NCBI RefSeq assembly: GCF_000009705.1
Contig: NC_003272.1
Span: forward strand, 5,280,001-5,312,000
Direction of reading: 5' to 3'
Length of the DNA: 32,000 nt
Source of the DNA: Nostoc sp. PCC 7120 = FACHB-418
GTDB taxonomy: Bacteria > Cyanobacteriota > Cyanobacteriia > Cyanobacteriales > Nostocaceae
This document shows positions 15,853 to 25,466 of the stretch, piece by piece; positions within the stretch are counted from its first letter, which is position 1, and each line of letters begins with the position of its first letter. A program made the translations under genes and the position numbers. The notes below the pieces were generated by a model that saw nothing but the letters and a program-made list of their open reading frames with translations, searched no databases and was not told where the DNA came from.

Positions 15853-16728
15853 ATGGACATTCAGGAGCTGCGTCAATCCTTGAAGATGAAGTGGCTGAGT
15901 TATTACGAGCAAAATCGTTCTTGGTTGGTCAAAATGAAGGTTTGGGCTACTTATAATGGTTTGCGTAGACCTTCCTCTGGATTTATTTTGGCAACGCTAT
16001 CTGTTTTAGAACCACAGTTTGAGCAGACACTTGCTTTTATTATGGAACTGAATAATAATCCCGATGAGATTGTTGCTGCTTTGGGTCTGAATTTTAATCC
16101 CGATGTTGAATTACGTTTAACAGAATCTCACACCAACCAGGAAAAACAGCAGACAGAAAGCGAAGTCATCACATTAAATGAATTTGCTCTCAAGAATGCG
16201 TCCCACAAACAACATTGGGAAAACCAACCTGTTTTGTCACTGGTACATAAACCTTTGCGATCGCCTACAGAAACTCAGGAGGCTGATAAGACACATCAAC
16301 TTGAACCAGCAGTTCTCTCTTCGGGAAATGCTCAAACAGCAATCAGCTACGCTACATCCAAGGTAAACGCAGTTTCTAGCAATTTTCAGCCAGGGCGATC
16401 GCCTGCAATTGACCGTAGGTCATCACCATCTCTAACTATGGAAGCTCCTGACAAGACTAAACCTTTAGCATCCTTAAGATTAGCCTTAGCTACCGAGAAT
16501 CACCGTAATGGTAAAGCAGTGAGAGTACTAGAAATTATCACTAATGTTTCGAGTCAGCCAAAAACTCTACCATCACCAACATTAGCTACGGAAGTTACCC
16601 AAAATGGACAGTACACAAATAAACAAACACCAGCACCTAGCCACAAAGTTCAGCCATCACTTGGTACTAATGCCAGTAGTCTAGCTTCTTGGGTGGATGA
16701 GTTTTGTCAGGGTACTGGCTGTTATTAA
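15853..16728 (+). CDS. Conserved cyanobacterial hypothetical protein (DUF5331-like N-terminal domain plus a long low-complexity tail)
   Basis: I prefer the ATG at 15853 (MDIQELRQSLKMKWLSYYEQNRSWL...) over the TTG at 15832. The C-terminal ~190 aa are rich in S, T, P and Q. The DUF assignment is from memory. Confidence 0.65.
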   Translation: MDIQELRQSLKMKWLSYYEQNRSWLVKMKVWATYNGLRRPSSGFILATLSVLEPQFEQTLAFIMELNNNPDEIVAALGLNFNPDVELRLTESHTNQEKQQTESEVITLNEFALKNASHKQHWENQPVLSLVHKPLRSPTETQEADKTHQLEPAVLSSGNAQTAISYATSKVNAVSSNFQPGRSPAIDRRSSPSLTMEAPDKTKPLASLRLALATENHRNGKAVRVLEIITNVSSQPKTLPSPTLATEVTQNGQYTNKQTPAPSHKVQPSLGTNASSLASWVDEFCQGTGCY

Positions 16729-16755
16729 AATGAAACTATTTCCATATCTCAGTGA

Positions 16756-17799
16756 TTAGTCTTTCAATGCTAAAACTTTGGTAGTTTCCGGTTGTAGTAA
16801 TTCATTCAATAGGGATGCAGGACGTTCACCATAAGGCCAAGCAAAGGCATGGCGGAAAGCTGCATCCTGGCAAGCTTGTAACTGTTCAAAGTTGATAATG
16901 TCGTAAGTTAGGAGATTTTCATACTCGAATGGCAAACGTACATTATGCAGCCCAGCGTTATCAGTACAGATGGCGATATCTACCCCAGCATCAAAACATC
17001 GGTCAAAAACTAACTTGAGTTGGCGGATGTCTTGTAAAGTACCTGTTTGAATATAAGTTGTGGGACACACTTCCAAACACTGGCCGCGCCTAGCTACATC
17101 TGGTAGTAGCTCTGGATACAAGAGGGGAATTTGGATACCGTGACCAATCCGCATGAGGTAAGGTAGGAGTTGGGGGTAACAACCAGATGGGGTTTCGTAA
17201 AAGTGTCCAGTGGTGTTAATCCCTAGCGATCGCCCATACTCATATAAACTGATCCATTCGGGAAGGCGATCGGCGTAATGGCTATCACCCCCAGCTACAT
17301 CTATTCCACACACATAATTTTTGTTTTGCGCCGCCAAATCAATAATTGCCTTGTTCACCTCATAAGGTAGACGCGTGTGCATACACAAAATCTGGCTTGT
17401 GATAATAGGATACTCTGGCTGGCTACTAGCCTCCCCTACAACTTTGACGATCTCGGCCATCTTGTCAATTCTTTGGGACTGGCTGAGATGTTCTGGTGTA
17501 CGTAAGTAGGGAGTGTAGCGCAGTTCCAGATAAGCCAAATTTTCAAAAATGTAAGCACCCCGCACCAAACGATAAATAAAGTAAGGCAGAGTTTCTACCG
17601 TCTGTACACTTTCCACAAGGGTGTGCAGTTCTAAGTACTCATCGAGGGTATTGCGGGGACGGGTATAAAAGTCTTCAAACTCTGGGTACTCGGCAAACCG
17701 AGAAATCAACTCCGATGAGTGTCGCTCAAAATAGCGCCATAAGACACGGGGGACAACGGAACCACCCAGGTGTCTATGCAATTCTGCATATAATGCCAT
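16756..17799 (-). CDS. Adenosine/adenine deaminase family metallo-hydrolase
   Basis: The N-terminal metal-binding motif is ELHRHLGGS, with later HG.. and CTDN(A) blocks. I prefer the ATG at 17799 (MALYAELHRH...) over the TTG at 17838. Confidence 0.85.
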   Translation of the reverse strand: MALYAELHRHLGGSVVPRVLWRYFERHSSELISRFAEYPEFEDFYTRPRNTLDEYLELHTLVESVQTVETLPYFIYRLVRGAYIFENLAYLELRYTPYLRTPEHLSQSQRIDKMAEIVKVVGEASSQPEYPIITSQILCMHTRLPYEVNKAIIDLAAQNKNYVCGIDVAGGDSHYADRLPEWISLYEYGRSLGINTTGHFYETPSGCYPQLLPYLMRIGHGIQIPLLYPELLPDVARRGQCLEVCPTTYIQTGTLQDIRQLKLVFDRCFDAGVDIAICTDNAGLHNVRLPFEYENLLTYDIINFEQLQACQDAAFRHAFAWPYGERPASLLNELLQPETTKVLALKD

Positions 17800-17890
17800 A
17801 GTGTGACTTTTTGATAAAAATTTTAATAATATTAACAAAATTACTGAGAGAAAAAATCTATATCTTCAGGAAGATTCTGTAAATTCACTG

Positions 17891-18139
17891 TTAATTATCA
17901 GTGTGGACGGTATGAATTGTTTGTACTAACTCTTTGGCTGTGCAGGGTTTAGATAAAAATGCTTTTACCCCCATGTTAGCAATTGCACTCTCATGGGGTT
18001 CAGATAAAAGTCCACTAATGGCGATAATTTTGATCTGGGGATGAAAGCGATCGCTCCATCTATATGATGGCATCATCATATCCAAACAGAATGACACTAA
18101 TTTGCTCTTGGTGTCCTGTTGTGGTGAAGCAAGTTCCAC
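17891..18139 (-). pseudogene. N-terminally truncated or degenerate response-regulator receiver domain (remnant, or a short GTG-initiated product)
   Basis: The ORF keeps the phospho-acceptor region LDMMMP, the IIAISG block and the conserved Lys region (FLSKPCTAKEL). It lacks the beta1/DD acidic pocket. The frame is closed by a TGA 37 codons upstream of the GTG start, and that stretch (IRGVGVKKAYTLLKFGSIALAGKEE...) has no start codon and no DD pair. Confidence 0.5.
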
Positions 18140-18200
18140 AAGTCCTGCATGAAAGTGGTCTTTTCTACTCTCCTCTTTACCAGCTAGAGCTATAGACCCA

Positions 18201-18239
18201 AATTTTAAAAGGGTGTAAGCCTTTTTAACACCTACACCC
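18201..18239 (-). terminator. Terminator-like hairpin after the priming transferase gene, built from octamer-repeat sequence
   Basis: In the minus-strand RNA, GGGUGUAGG (18239-18231) pairs with CUUACACCC (18219-18211). That gives 9 bp including one G-U, with an 11-nt loop, followed by UUUUAAAAUU. Confidence 0.5.
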
Positions 18240-18268
18240 CTTATTCAAAACCTTGATGTTGATTCAAA

Positions 18269-19699
18269 TCAATGTGCGCCTGTCTTCTGAATCACAACCT
18301 TAAAGGTTTGTAACAAGATTCTCCAATCTAGCCAGATAGACCAATTTTCGATATAGTCCATATCTAGTTTGAATGCGTCATCAAAATTATCAATGTTGGA
18401 ACGTCCAGAAACCTGCCACAAACCAGTGATACCAGGAAGAACTTCTTGGCGAATAAAATGATTATTCTGAAACTTCTGAACATCGCGCATCGGTAAAGGA
18501 CGAGGCCCGACAAGGCTCATTTCTCCCAAGAACACATTAAATAATTGTGGCAATTCATCCAAACTATAGCGGCGTAAGAATTTACCAACTGTTGTGATGC
18601 GAGGGTCGTCTTTCATTTTGAAAAACACACCATCTTTCATTTCGTTTTTAGCTTCTAGAGAGGCTTGAATTTTTTCCGCATTTGTCACCATTGTCCGGAA
18701 TTTCCAAATCTTGAAGGTTTGGCGATGTAAGCCAACACGTTCTTGTTTGAAGAATACCGGCCCAGGAGAATCAAACTTGATTATCAAAGCGATCGCCACA
18801 TATACGGGTAAAAGCAAGATGATGAGGATGGAAGAAAAGCAAAGATCAAAAAATCGCTTCATCCAAAAATCACCGCCAACAATTAAGGGTGCGGGGATTG
18901 TGGGATAAAAGACCTCTCCAATCATATCAAACGTAGATTTAGGGAGAGAAAATTCACTCATTGTTGGCAATAAGCGCAAGGTAATGCCAGCATTGTAGAA
19001 ATACCAGCAAAGGAACAACCGATTTTTGATGGTATCCCAAGCAATAAAAACTTCATCTACATTTTGAGCGCGAAGATACGCAAAGGTTCTTTCTCTATTA
19101 GCTAAATCTAAACATTTGGAGTTAGCATAACCTTGAATTGCAAAGTAATTCTCTCGTTCCAGCAGCTTTACATGATAAGGCTCTTTTTCTTCATCATCAG
19201 CAATAATAAAAATCCGGTGACGTACTGCGCCTTTTTGACGGATTGAATTAGTAAAGAAGTTAAATAAATAACGAAAAGAGCAAATGAAGCTGATGGACAA
19301 TAACCAATGCACTAGAAAAGTTGCATAGGGAATATAAGTATTTTCTCCATAGAGAACCTCTACAAATAACAACAATACAGATGATAAAGAAATTGCTTTA
19401 ACTATACCTGCATAGTTCCGCCTGTGAATACCTGCTTTATAAAGCCCTGTTGTTTGAAATATAGCGATCGCCAAGCTCAAATTGAGCAGCATAAACGATA
19501 TATTTTGTATCGAAAATAATTCAATGGAATTACTGGACAAAACTGCTAAATTCCATGCAGAGGCTATAAATACTGCATCCAAAAATACCAGAATTACCAC
19601 ACGCATTAATCTGATAAACAATCCCCTCTGGATTCTGGGACTGTTAGCAGAGCGTAAGTCTGGTTTTAAACTTTCTATAGAAATGTTACCAGAAACCAT
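18269..19699 (-). CDS. Polyprenyl-phosphate hexose-1-phosphate transferase (WbaP/EpsB-type priming bacterial sugar transferase)
   Basis: 476 aa. It has N-terminal TM helices and a C-terminal bacterial sugar transferase domain (FKIWKFRTM, SLDELPQLFNVFLGEMSLVGPRP). Confidence 0.9.
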   Translation of the reverse strand: MVSGNISIESLKPDLRSANSPRIQRGLFIRLMRVVILVFLDAVFIASAWNLAVLSSNSIELFSIQNISFMLLNLSLAIAIFQTTGLYKAGIHRRNYAGIVKAISLSSVLLLFVEVLYGENTYIPYATFLVHWLLSISFICSFRYLFNFFTNSIRQKGAVRHRIFIIADDEEKEPYHVKLLERENYFAIQGYANSKCLDLANRERTFAYLRAQNVDEVFIAWDTIKNRLFLCWYFYNAGITLRLLPTMSEFSLPKSTFDMIGEVFYPTIPAPLIVGGDFWMKRFFDLCFSSILIILLLPVYVAIALIIKFDSPGPVFFKQERVGLHRQTFKIWKFRTMVTNAEKIQASLEAKNEMKDGVFFKMKDDPRITTVGKFLRRYSLDELPQLFNVFLGEMSLVGPRPLPMRDVQKFQNNHFIRQEVLPGITGLWQVSGRSNIDNFDDAFKLDMDYIENWSIWLDWRILLQTFKVVIQKTGAH

Positions 19700-19952
19700 A
19701 AGTATATTATTCCTCCATATTACAGCAAAATTGACAACAAAAAATATCAGCTATGATTTTATGGTTTATGCAAAATCAATCTTCCTAAAAGTTTTAATGA
19801 CATCCGTTTATTCTTTGAAAAAATCAAATACCTATGTTTTTACAGTCACTTATTCTGGAAAATATTGTCATCACCAGTATTTAAAAACACAAGTTTGAAT
19901 CAACTTGACGTATTGATTACACTAACCTCAAAGTCTGACAAATAATGCCCAC

Positions 19953-20726
19953 CTATTTTGATTGACTAGACAAACTCCAAATTTCTCGTAAGAAGAGAGT
20001 GCCTAAAAACCACGGCTCAAGTAAGTAACGTCTCCACAATCTAGTTGGTTCGGTCAACAACCTATACAACCATTCCAGCCCCATTCTCCCCATCCAACGA
20101 GGTGGCGTAGGTATCGCTCCTGCCACATAGTCTAGGCAAGCTCCACTGGTCAAAATAGCATTGGGTTGAATACGTTCCAAATTTTGGGAAATCCAATGCT
20201 CTTGTCGTGGCATCCCCATCCCCACCATTAACACATGGGGTTTGTAATCATTGATGGCCTTAATAACAGTCAGATTTTCTTCACTCTCTTCACTAGTATC
20301 AAAGTAGCCATGAGAGCAAGCAATTTTTAACCCAGGAAACTTTCGGCGCAAAATAACTGCCCCTTGTTCAGCAACTCCTGGTTTTGAACCTAGATAGAAA
20401 ATACGCCAACTTTTATTGGCTGCTTCCTCCATGAGAGGCCATACCCAGTCGGCATAGGTTACTCTCTGTTCCCTCTTCATAGGAAAACCTAGAAGCTTGC
20501 CAATAAAAACTATAGGCATACTATCAATATGGATGTATTCGGCCTTAGCATAAAAGGCTTGCATTTCTAAGTCCTTGTGAAATAGATAAAGACTATGCAG
20601 GTTGTGATTAGCGATAATCCATTTTTTTCCCTGCTCAATAGACTCTCCAATTAAACAATTTAATTCAGGGATAGAAAGAGCATCTACGCTAACCCCAAGA
20701 AGTTTATAAGAAGGCCGCTTCTTCAT
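19953..20726 (-). CDS. WecB/TagA/CpsF family glycosyltransferase
   Basis: 257 aa with family blocks: GVSVDALS, FYLGSKPGVAE, LMVGMGMPRQEHW and LEWLYRLLTEP.RLWRRY. Confidence 0.9.
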   Translation of the reverse strand: MKKRPSYKLLGVSVDALSIPELNCLIGESIEQGKKWIIANHNLHSLYLFHKDLEMQAFYAKAEYIHIDSMPIVFIGKLLGFPMKREQRVTYADWVWPLMEEAANKSWRIFYLGSKPGVAEQGAVILRRKFPGLKIACSHGYFDTSEESEENLTVIKAINDYKPHVLMVGMGMPRQEHWISQNLERIQPNAILTSGACLDYVAGAIPTPPRWMGRMGLEWLYRLLTEPTRLWRRYLLEPWFLGTLFLREIWSLSSQSK

Positions 20727-20886
20727 GACTTGTAACTATTTTGTAAATCTAAGAGTCTGGAACACACAAAAACTAAGGTTTTTATAATTAATTCGTTAAA
20801 TCTATATTATCATTTACCTACGTAAATACACTAAGATTTTTGGTTAAATCTTTTGTGAAGAGAGGGAAACATTGTTAAGATTCTAT

Positions 20887-22026
20887 TTACTTCATCAGTA
20901 TTTCTGCTGTATATTTAGCCTTTGCACTCCAAGAGTATTTTTCTCTAATCAAAAAATATGCCTGTTGGACAAGCTCTTGATATTCATCGATATTTGTAGT
21001 AGCGTCCACAATCGTATTAGCCACATCTTCGCAAGAGTATCCAGATATTAAAAGATGCTCCTTGTGACGAAAGTCTTCTAAACCTCGTAAGCCTTCTGGT
21101 GTTGACACAACTAACTTTTTACTGGCAAAAAAATCTAAGGCTTTATTGCGAGCGCCACCCGCTACTGCTTGCTTAGGAAATGGCAGCAAGGCAATGTCTG
21201 AATATTGAAGATGGTCAAGGAAATCTTCACGTTTAGGTAGAAACCCTAAGAAAGAAATATTAGAGGGAATGGGTTCTGCAATATCGCTACTATCCCTACC
21301 AATGACAACAAAATGAATCTTTTGCTGATGAATCTCAAGGGATTTTGCAACCTCCATAGTCATTAATACGGACATATCATTAGTAGGGAACTGAAATGTT
21401 TTAGGAGCAATAACAACTACTATTTTGGCTGGTCTCAATGCTTGGTAAGGGTCTTGACCCAAACGAGATTCATTATTCAGTAAGTATTCAGCTACTCCAT
21501 TACCTATACAATAAATCTTTTGAGGATTCTTAGCATACCACCGGGAAATTAGATAAGGTGTTGATTCACCCGCCGCAATTATTGGGCATCCGGAGAACAC
21601 TAATAGTCCTTGAGCAATATATGTTTTAATTAATTGAGTAAATTCTTTAAAAGGATTAGCTACTGAAAATAAGCGTGTCCAATATTCATATGGTGAAAAA
21701 GTGTGAAAATCTAATACCAGAGAAAAATTATTCTTTTTCCTTAACTTTGTTGCAATGAGAGCAGCTAAACCAGGTAACGTTTCTTGAGCATAGACAACAT
21801 CTGGTTCAAACTCATCAATACACTTTTGAATATTTTGAATGTACGACTTCAGACTGCGTGAGCCAATAGAAAGAGAAGGGGCATAGTCTACAGCCGAACA
21901 GTCTAGACCCAACTGAAAAACTTGAAAGTATTCAGTAAGATTTTGTCCTAAGTAAAAAGGTCTAGTAAAAGCGCCAAATGGTTGGCTGGAGTCAAGGTTA
22001 GAGACAATTAGTAAGCGTTTACCCAT
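20887..22026 (-). CDS. Glycosyltransferase, GT-B fold (family 4-like)
   Basis: 379 aa. The C-terminal half has the GT1/GT4 pattern (ALLPF...GGARNKALDFFASKKLVVST.EG). Confidence 0.75.
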   Translation of the reverse strand: MGKRLLIVSNLDSSQPFGAFTRPFYLGQNLTEYFQVFQLGLDCSAVDYAPSLSIGSRSLKSYIQNIQKCIDEFEPDVVYAQETLPGLAALIATKLRKKNNFSLVLDFHTFSPYEYWTRLFSVANPFKEFTQLIKTYIAQGLLVFSGCPIIAAGESTPYLISRWYAKNPQKIYCIGNGVAEYLLNNESRLGQDPYQALRPAKIVVVIAPKTFQFPTNDMSVLMTMEVAKSLEIHQQKIHFVVIGRDSSDIAEPIPSNISFLGFLPKREDFLDHLQYSDIALLPFPKQAVAGGARNKALDFFASKKLVVSTPEGLRGLEDFRHKEHLLISGYSCEDVANTIVDATTNIDEYQELVQQAYFLIREKYSWSAKAKYTAEILMK

Positions 22027-22147
22027 AAGAATATTTAAGATATTGTTTCTGATTTAAGGTGGGTATTTTTTTAAAATTTATTCAAGTATTTACCAAAAGT
22101 AATGTCTCCTATTCAACTACATTTGATAAATACCGCTACAAGAATAA

Positions 22148-23041
22148 TTAAACTTCTGGTTTCGTTTCTTTTGGGTCTTCGGAGAATGTGGGAGAAGTTG
22201 CCAAATTCTTGTAACCAATGATTGCTCTGATATAAGGCAAAAACCAATAAAATATCCAGAATGGCCCAGAGTGTCTGCTACAAAATGTAGTCCAGGGTTT
22301 CAACGGAAATCCTTTAATTTGTAGGATTTTTCGCAAACGTTCTAATACAGGAAGTTTTGTATCCACCCAGCTATTACGGACGGAATTTTTATTACAAGTG
22401 CCTATATATCCGGGTGCTACCCATACATGACAACCTAGATTACGCGCTCTGAGAGCGTAATCTAAATCTCCCAAACTATGAATAAAAGCAGTATCAATAT
22501 TACCAACTTTTAGGGTGACACTGTGAGGAATGAGAACACAGTTGCCATACATAGCATCACATTTTTGTACATCTGAAGTTGGTTCTAAAAATTCAAATTT
22601 ATTAGAGTACCACTTTTTCGATTTAACTGCTCCGCCATAAGTGGCTTGCTTCGTAATCGGGTCTTGAGTGGAACCAACTACAATTGATTGCCCATAACCT
22701 TCTACCGCTAAATTCTCATGAACCTGCAATAACTTCTCTAAAGCATCAGCTTCGAGAAATGTGTCATCATTCAACCACAGGTAGTAATCATACTGATTTT
22801 TGATAGCTTCTCCAAAGGCCAGGTGCATTCCCCCAACCCAAAATAAATTGCCATCACCCTGAAAAATTTTTACATCTGGATATTCTGCTTTAATAAACTC
22901 TGCTGTACCATCAGTACTACCATCATCAGTTAAATAAACATCAAAATGATTTTTTTGTTGATATAGAGCTTGTAAACAAGCAAGAGTGGTATTACGCCGG
23001 TTGTGGCAAGTCATAATTACCGCTAGGGTTGGCTGCTTCAT
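22148..23041 (-). CDS. Glycosyltransferase family 2 (GT-A)
   Basis: Motifs LAVIMTCHNRR and DDGSTDGT, plus a DxD-like LNDDT. I prefer the ATG at 23041, which has a GAGGTAA SD, over the TTG at 23074. Confidence 0.85.
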   Translation of the reverse strand: MKQPTLAVIMTCHNRRNTTLACLQALYQQKNHFDVYLTDDGSTDGTAEFIKAEYPDVKIFQGDGNLFWVGGMHLAFGEAIKNQYDYYLWLNDDTFLEADALEKLLQVHENLAVEGYGQSIVVGSTQDPITKQATYGGAVKSKKWYSNKFEFLEPTSDVQKCDAMYGNCVLIPHSVTLKVGNIDTAFIHSLGDLDYALRARNLGCHVWVAPGYIGTCNKNSVRNSWVDTKLPVLERLRKILQIKGFPLKPWTTFCSRHSGPFWIFYWFLPYIRAIIGYKNLATSPTFSEDPKETKPEV

Positions 23042-23119
23042 CTCATTTACCTCATATAATTTTTTTGAAAACAATCTTTAAAAATAGAAAACTTTTCGTT
23101 ATTTTTGCAGATTTGATTT

Positions 23120-24136
23120 TCAAAATTTGGCTGTCTTCTCTATCAAACTACTCAAATTAATTTTTATATTGAATTTTTGTAGTTTTTGCTCTATTCTTCT
23201 AATTGCTAACATATATCTATGTAACACTGATGTACGAGGCATATTGAGCCTGATAACTTCTTGAGATAACCACTTATATTTATTAGAATTAATATTGAAT
23301 TTTTTCAATTTTCTAATCTGTATATTCCAGTCGTTATAAAAAAATAAATTGAAATAATGAATGGATGTAATGTCATCCCATTTCTGCAACCGTAGTTCTG
23401 GTGATAAGCGATTATGTAAAGGTAAAGGATAACTGTAGTTAAGAGAGAAATGTTCTACATTATCTGCTAAGGCACATAGTGTCACAGACAAGACAGACTG
23501 TTCAACGAAGTAAATTCCTTGAGGAGGAGTGATGTCAAGGTGCATTACTTTTGTAAAATTTTCTTTCCAAGCTGTAAATATACCTGCACTTCTTCTCACA
23601 GCAACTAAACCAGAATTCCAATAGGCTCTAATTCTTTTATTCCCGATGGGCGTGTTAACAAATATCTCACGCTTAACACCCAGCACTTGATATAATTTCT
23701 GCCAGTACCATTCTTGAGGGTCTTGTGAACCTGTCGAGCCGATTCCTTGACCATACTCAGGACGCACCCGCACGTTACAATTTTTCGGCAGTAAAAATTC
23801 TGTTGGTTCAGCAAACAAGCATTTATCACTATCGAGAAAAACTAATATTTCTGCATCAATGTTCTGTTCTGCATAGGCACAAACTAAGGGTTTATTTGCT
23901 AAATAGTACTCATGAAATTCTTGGTTAATTGGAATTTGTTGGTGAATGACCTGTAATGCTGCAAAAGCTGCTTGGGTTTGCTGGGATATTGGCTCACCAA
24001 CTCTAGGATGAAAACTATATATAGGTGTGTCTTTTAAATTGCCACAGAACTTACGAATACTGGTAGCCAGCATTAAAGATTGGGCTTCTAATCGACCAGG
24101 TTCTGTACAAATTATAAAAGCTAAAGGTATTGACAT
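23120..24136 (-). CDS. Putative nucleotide-diphospho-sugar transferase (GT8-like GT-A fold)
   Basis: 338 aa. Has a DxD motif (ILVFLDSDK) and a downstream YWNSGLVAV block reminiscent of GT8. The assignment is tentative. Confidence 0.5.
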   Translation of the reverse strand: MSIPLAFIICTEPGRLEAQSLMLATSIRKFCGNLKDTPIYSFHPRVGEPISQQTQAAFAALQVIHQQIPINQEFHEYYLANKPLVCAYAEQNIDAEILVFLDSDKCLFAEPTEFLLPKNCNVRVRPEYGQGIGSTGSQDPQEWYWQKLYQVLGVKREIFVNTPIGNKRIRAYWNSGLVAVRRSAGIFTAWKENFTKVMHLDITPPQGIYFVEQSVLSVTLCALADNVEHFSLNYSYPLPLHNRLSPELRLQKWDDITSIHYFNLFFYNDWNIQIRKLKKFNINSNKYKWLSQEVIRLNMPRTSVLHRYMLAIRRIEQKLQKFNIKINLSSLIEKTAKF

Positions 24137-24171
24137 AATAATTACTTGTAAAATTTATGATCCAGTAAAAA

Positions 24172-25425
24172 CTAATTTTTGTTATGTAATATTTCCTGAA
24201 AAAGGGCTGAATAGCGGCGAGCTTGCAGCTCTAAAGTAAATTCTCGTTCAGCTTTTTCTCTGGCGTAAAATGACAGTTTTTGCAGTCTCTGCTCATTTTC
24301 CAGTACCCAATTAATTCCTTGAGCAAAATCTTCGGCTTCATAAGGTTTAGCCAAATAGCCGTTTTGCTGATGGTCAATAATATCTTTTAAGCCAGTGGCA
24401 TTAAATGCCACAACCGGAGTACCACAAGCGAGTGATTCAGAGGCTGTCTGTCCAAAAGACTCTTGCAGAGATGGTACTAACATTACATCTGCTGCTGAGT
24501 AGACTGTTGCTAACGATATATCATCGTGCAAGTGTCCTAAATAGTGGGTTTTGAAGCCTAAATCAATGGGTTTTTCGGGTTGGGATGCGCCAAAAATGAC
24601 TATTTCTAAGTTATCTCGCCAAGCAGACTGGCTTAATTGTTGTAAAGCTGGCTGCAAAAGATGAAACCCTTTATTTCTATCACTGGTTGCTTGTATCGCT
24701 CCAAACAGTACCAGTTTTTTATCTTGGGGTAGATTGAGTATCTCCCGCGCAGAATGTTGACTGATGGGACGGTATTTTTGCGTATCTAGTCCGTGAGGAA
24801 TCACTTCTATGGGAAGATTTTGGAACAAAGGACTAGAGCGAGCGCACTCTGCTAACCAACGACTGGGTGAAACCAAAGTGATATTCAGATTTTTCCAAGC
24901 TTTGGCTTTACGTTGCCATATCCAACGTGATATGTCTTGTTCATGATCACTATTGAGTTGAGGACAAGCTCCGCAGGAAAATTGATAGCGATCGCACTCT
25001 CCAATAACGTGACATCCTCCAGTAAAATCCCCTGTGTCATGAATAGTCCAAACTAGAGGTTGTTTCAGCTTTGCGACTGTTTCTATTTGCATAAATCCTC
25101 CTCGAATCCAGTGCAAATGGATAATATCAGGAGCGATTTTTGCCACTTTAGAAGCTACAGTGTCAGGCAACCACTGAACCGAATATGGGTTATTACTGCG
25201 CCGAGGATAAAACTTTAATGGTAAGGTTTCAAATGTCAGTTTTGCTCTAGCAATTCCTTGAAATAGTCTAATTTCGGGTGCAATTACTGTTTTGTCATTA
25301 GTCAGTTTCTCTTGCACCAGCATCTGCGACTTGATCCCAATATTTCTTAGTCCACAATGCAATCTATAGGCTGCACGAGCTGCACCACCATCAATATCAG
25401 ATTTATTAATTAGTAAAACATTCAT
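24172..25425 (-). CDS. Glycosyltransferase family 4 (GT-B)
   Basis: 417 aa. The N-terminus reads MNVLLINKSDIDGGAARAAYRL and the C-terminal block reads PSLQESFGQTASESLACGTPVVAF (E-x7-E-like). Confidence 0.85.
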   Translation of the reverse strand: MNVLLINKSDIDGGAARAAYRLHCGLRNIGIKSQMLVQEKLTNDKTVIAPEIRLFQGIARAKLTFETLPLKFYPRRSNNPYSVQWLPDTVASKVAKIAPDIIHLHWIRGGFMQIETVAKLKQPLVWTIHDTGDFTGGCHVIGECDRYQFSCGACPQLNSDHEQDISRWIWQRKAKAWKNLNITLVSPSRWLAECARSSPLFQNLPIEVIPHGLDTQKYRPISQHSAREILNLPQDKKLVLFGAIQATSDRNKGFHLLQPALQQLSQSAWRDNLEIVIFGASQPEKPIDLGFKTHYLGHLHDDISLATVYSAADVMLVPSLQESFGQTASESLACGTPVVAFNATGLKDIIDHQQNGYLAKPYEAEDFAQGINWVLENEQRLQKLSFYAREKAEREFTLELQARRYSALFQEILHNKN

Positions 25426-25466
25426 TGCAATATTTTTTCATTAGGTTTTTGTAAATATTTCAGTAA

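Noticed and set aside
16756-17799. Adenosine deaminase as part of a RADAR-like or nucleotide-depleting defence system
   Set aside because: Its size and motifs fit an ordinary single-domain metabolic deaminase. There is no adjacent large ATPase partner. Its neighbours (a DUF5331-like gene and a receiver remnant) are not defence-like.
19482-19898. 138-aa plus-strand ORF spanning the 5' end of the priming transferase and the following gap
   Set aside because: Half of it is antisense to a well-supported CDS. The rest is AT-rich intergenic DNA, and the composition (Ile/Asn/Lys/Phe-rich) is typical of a random AT-rich ORF.
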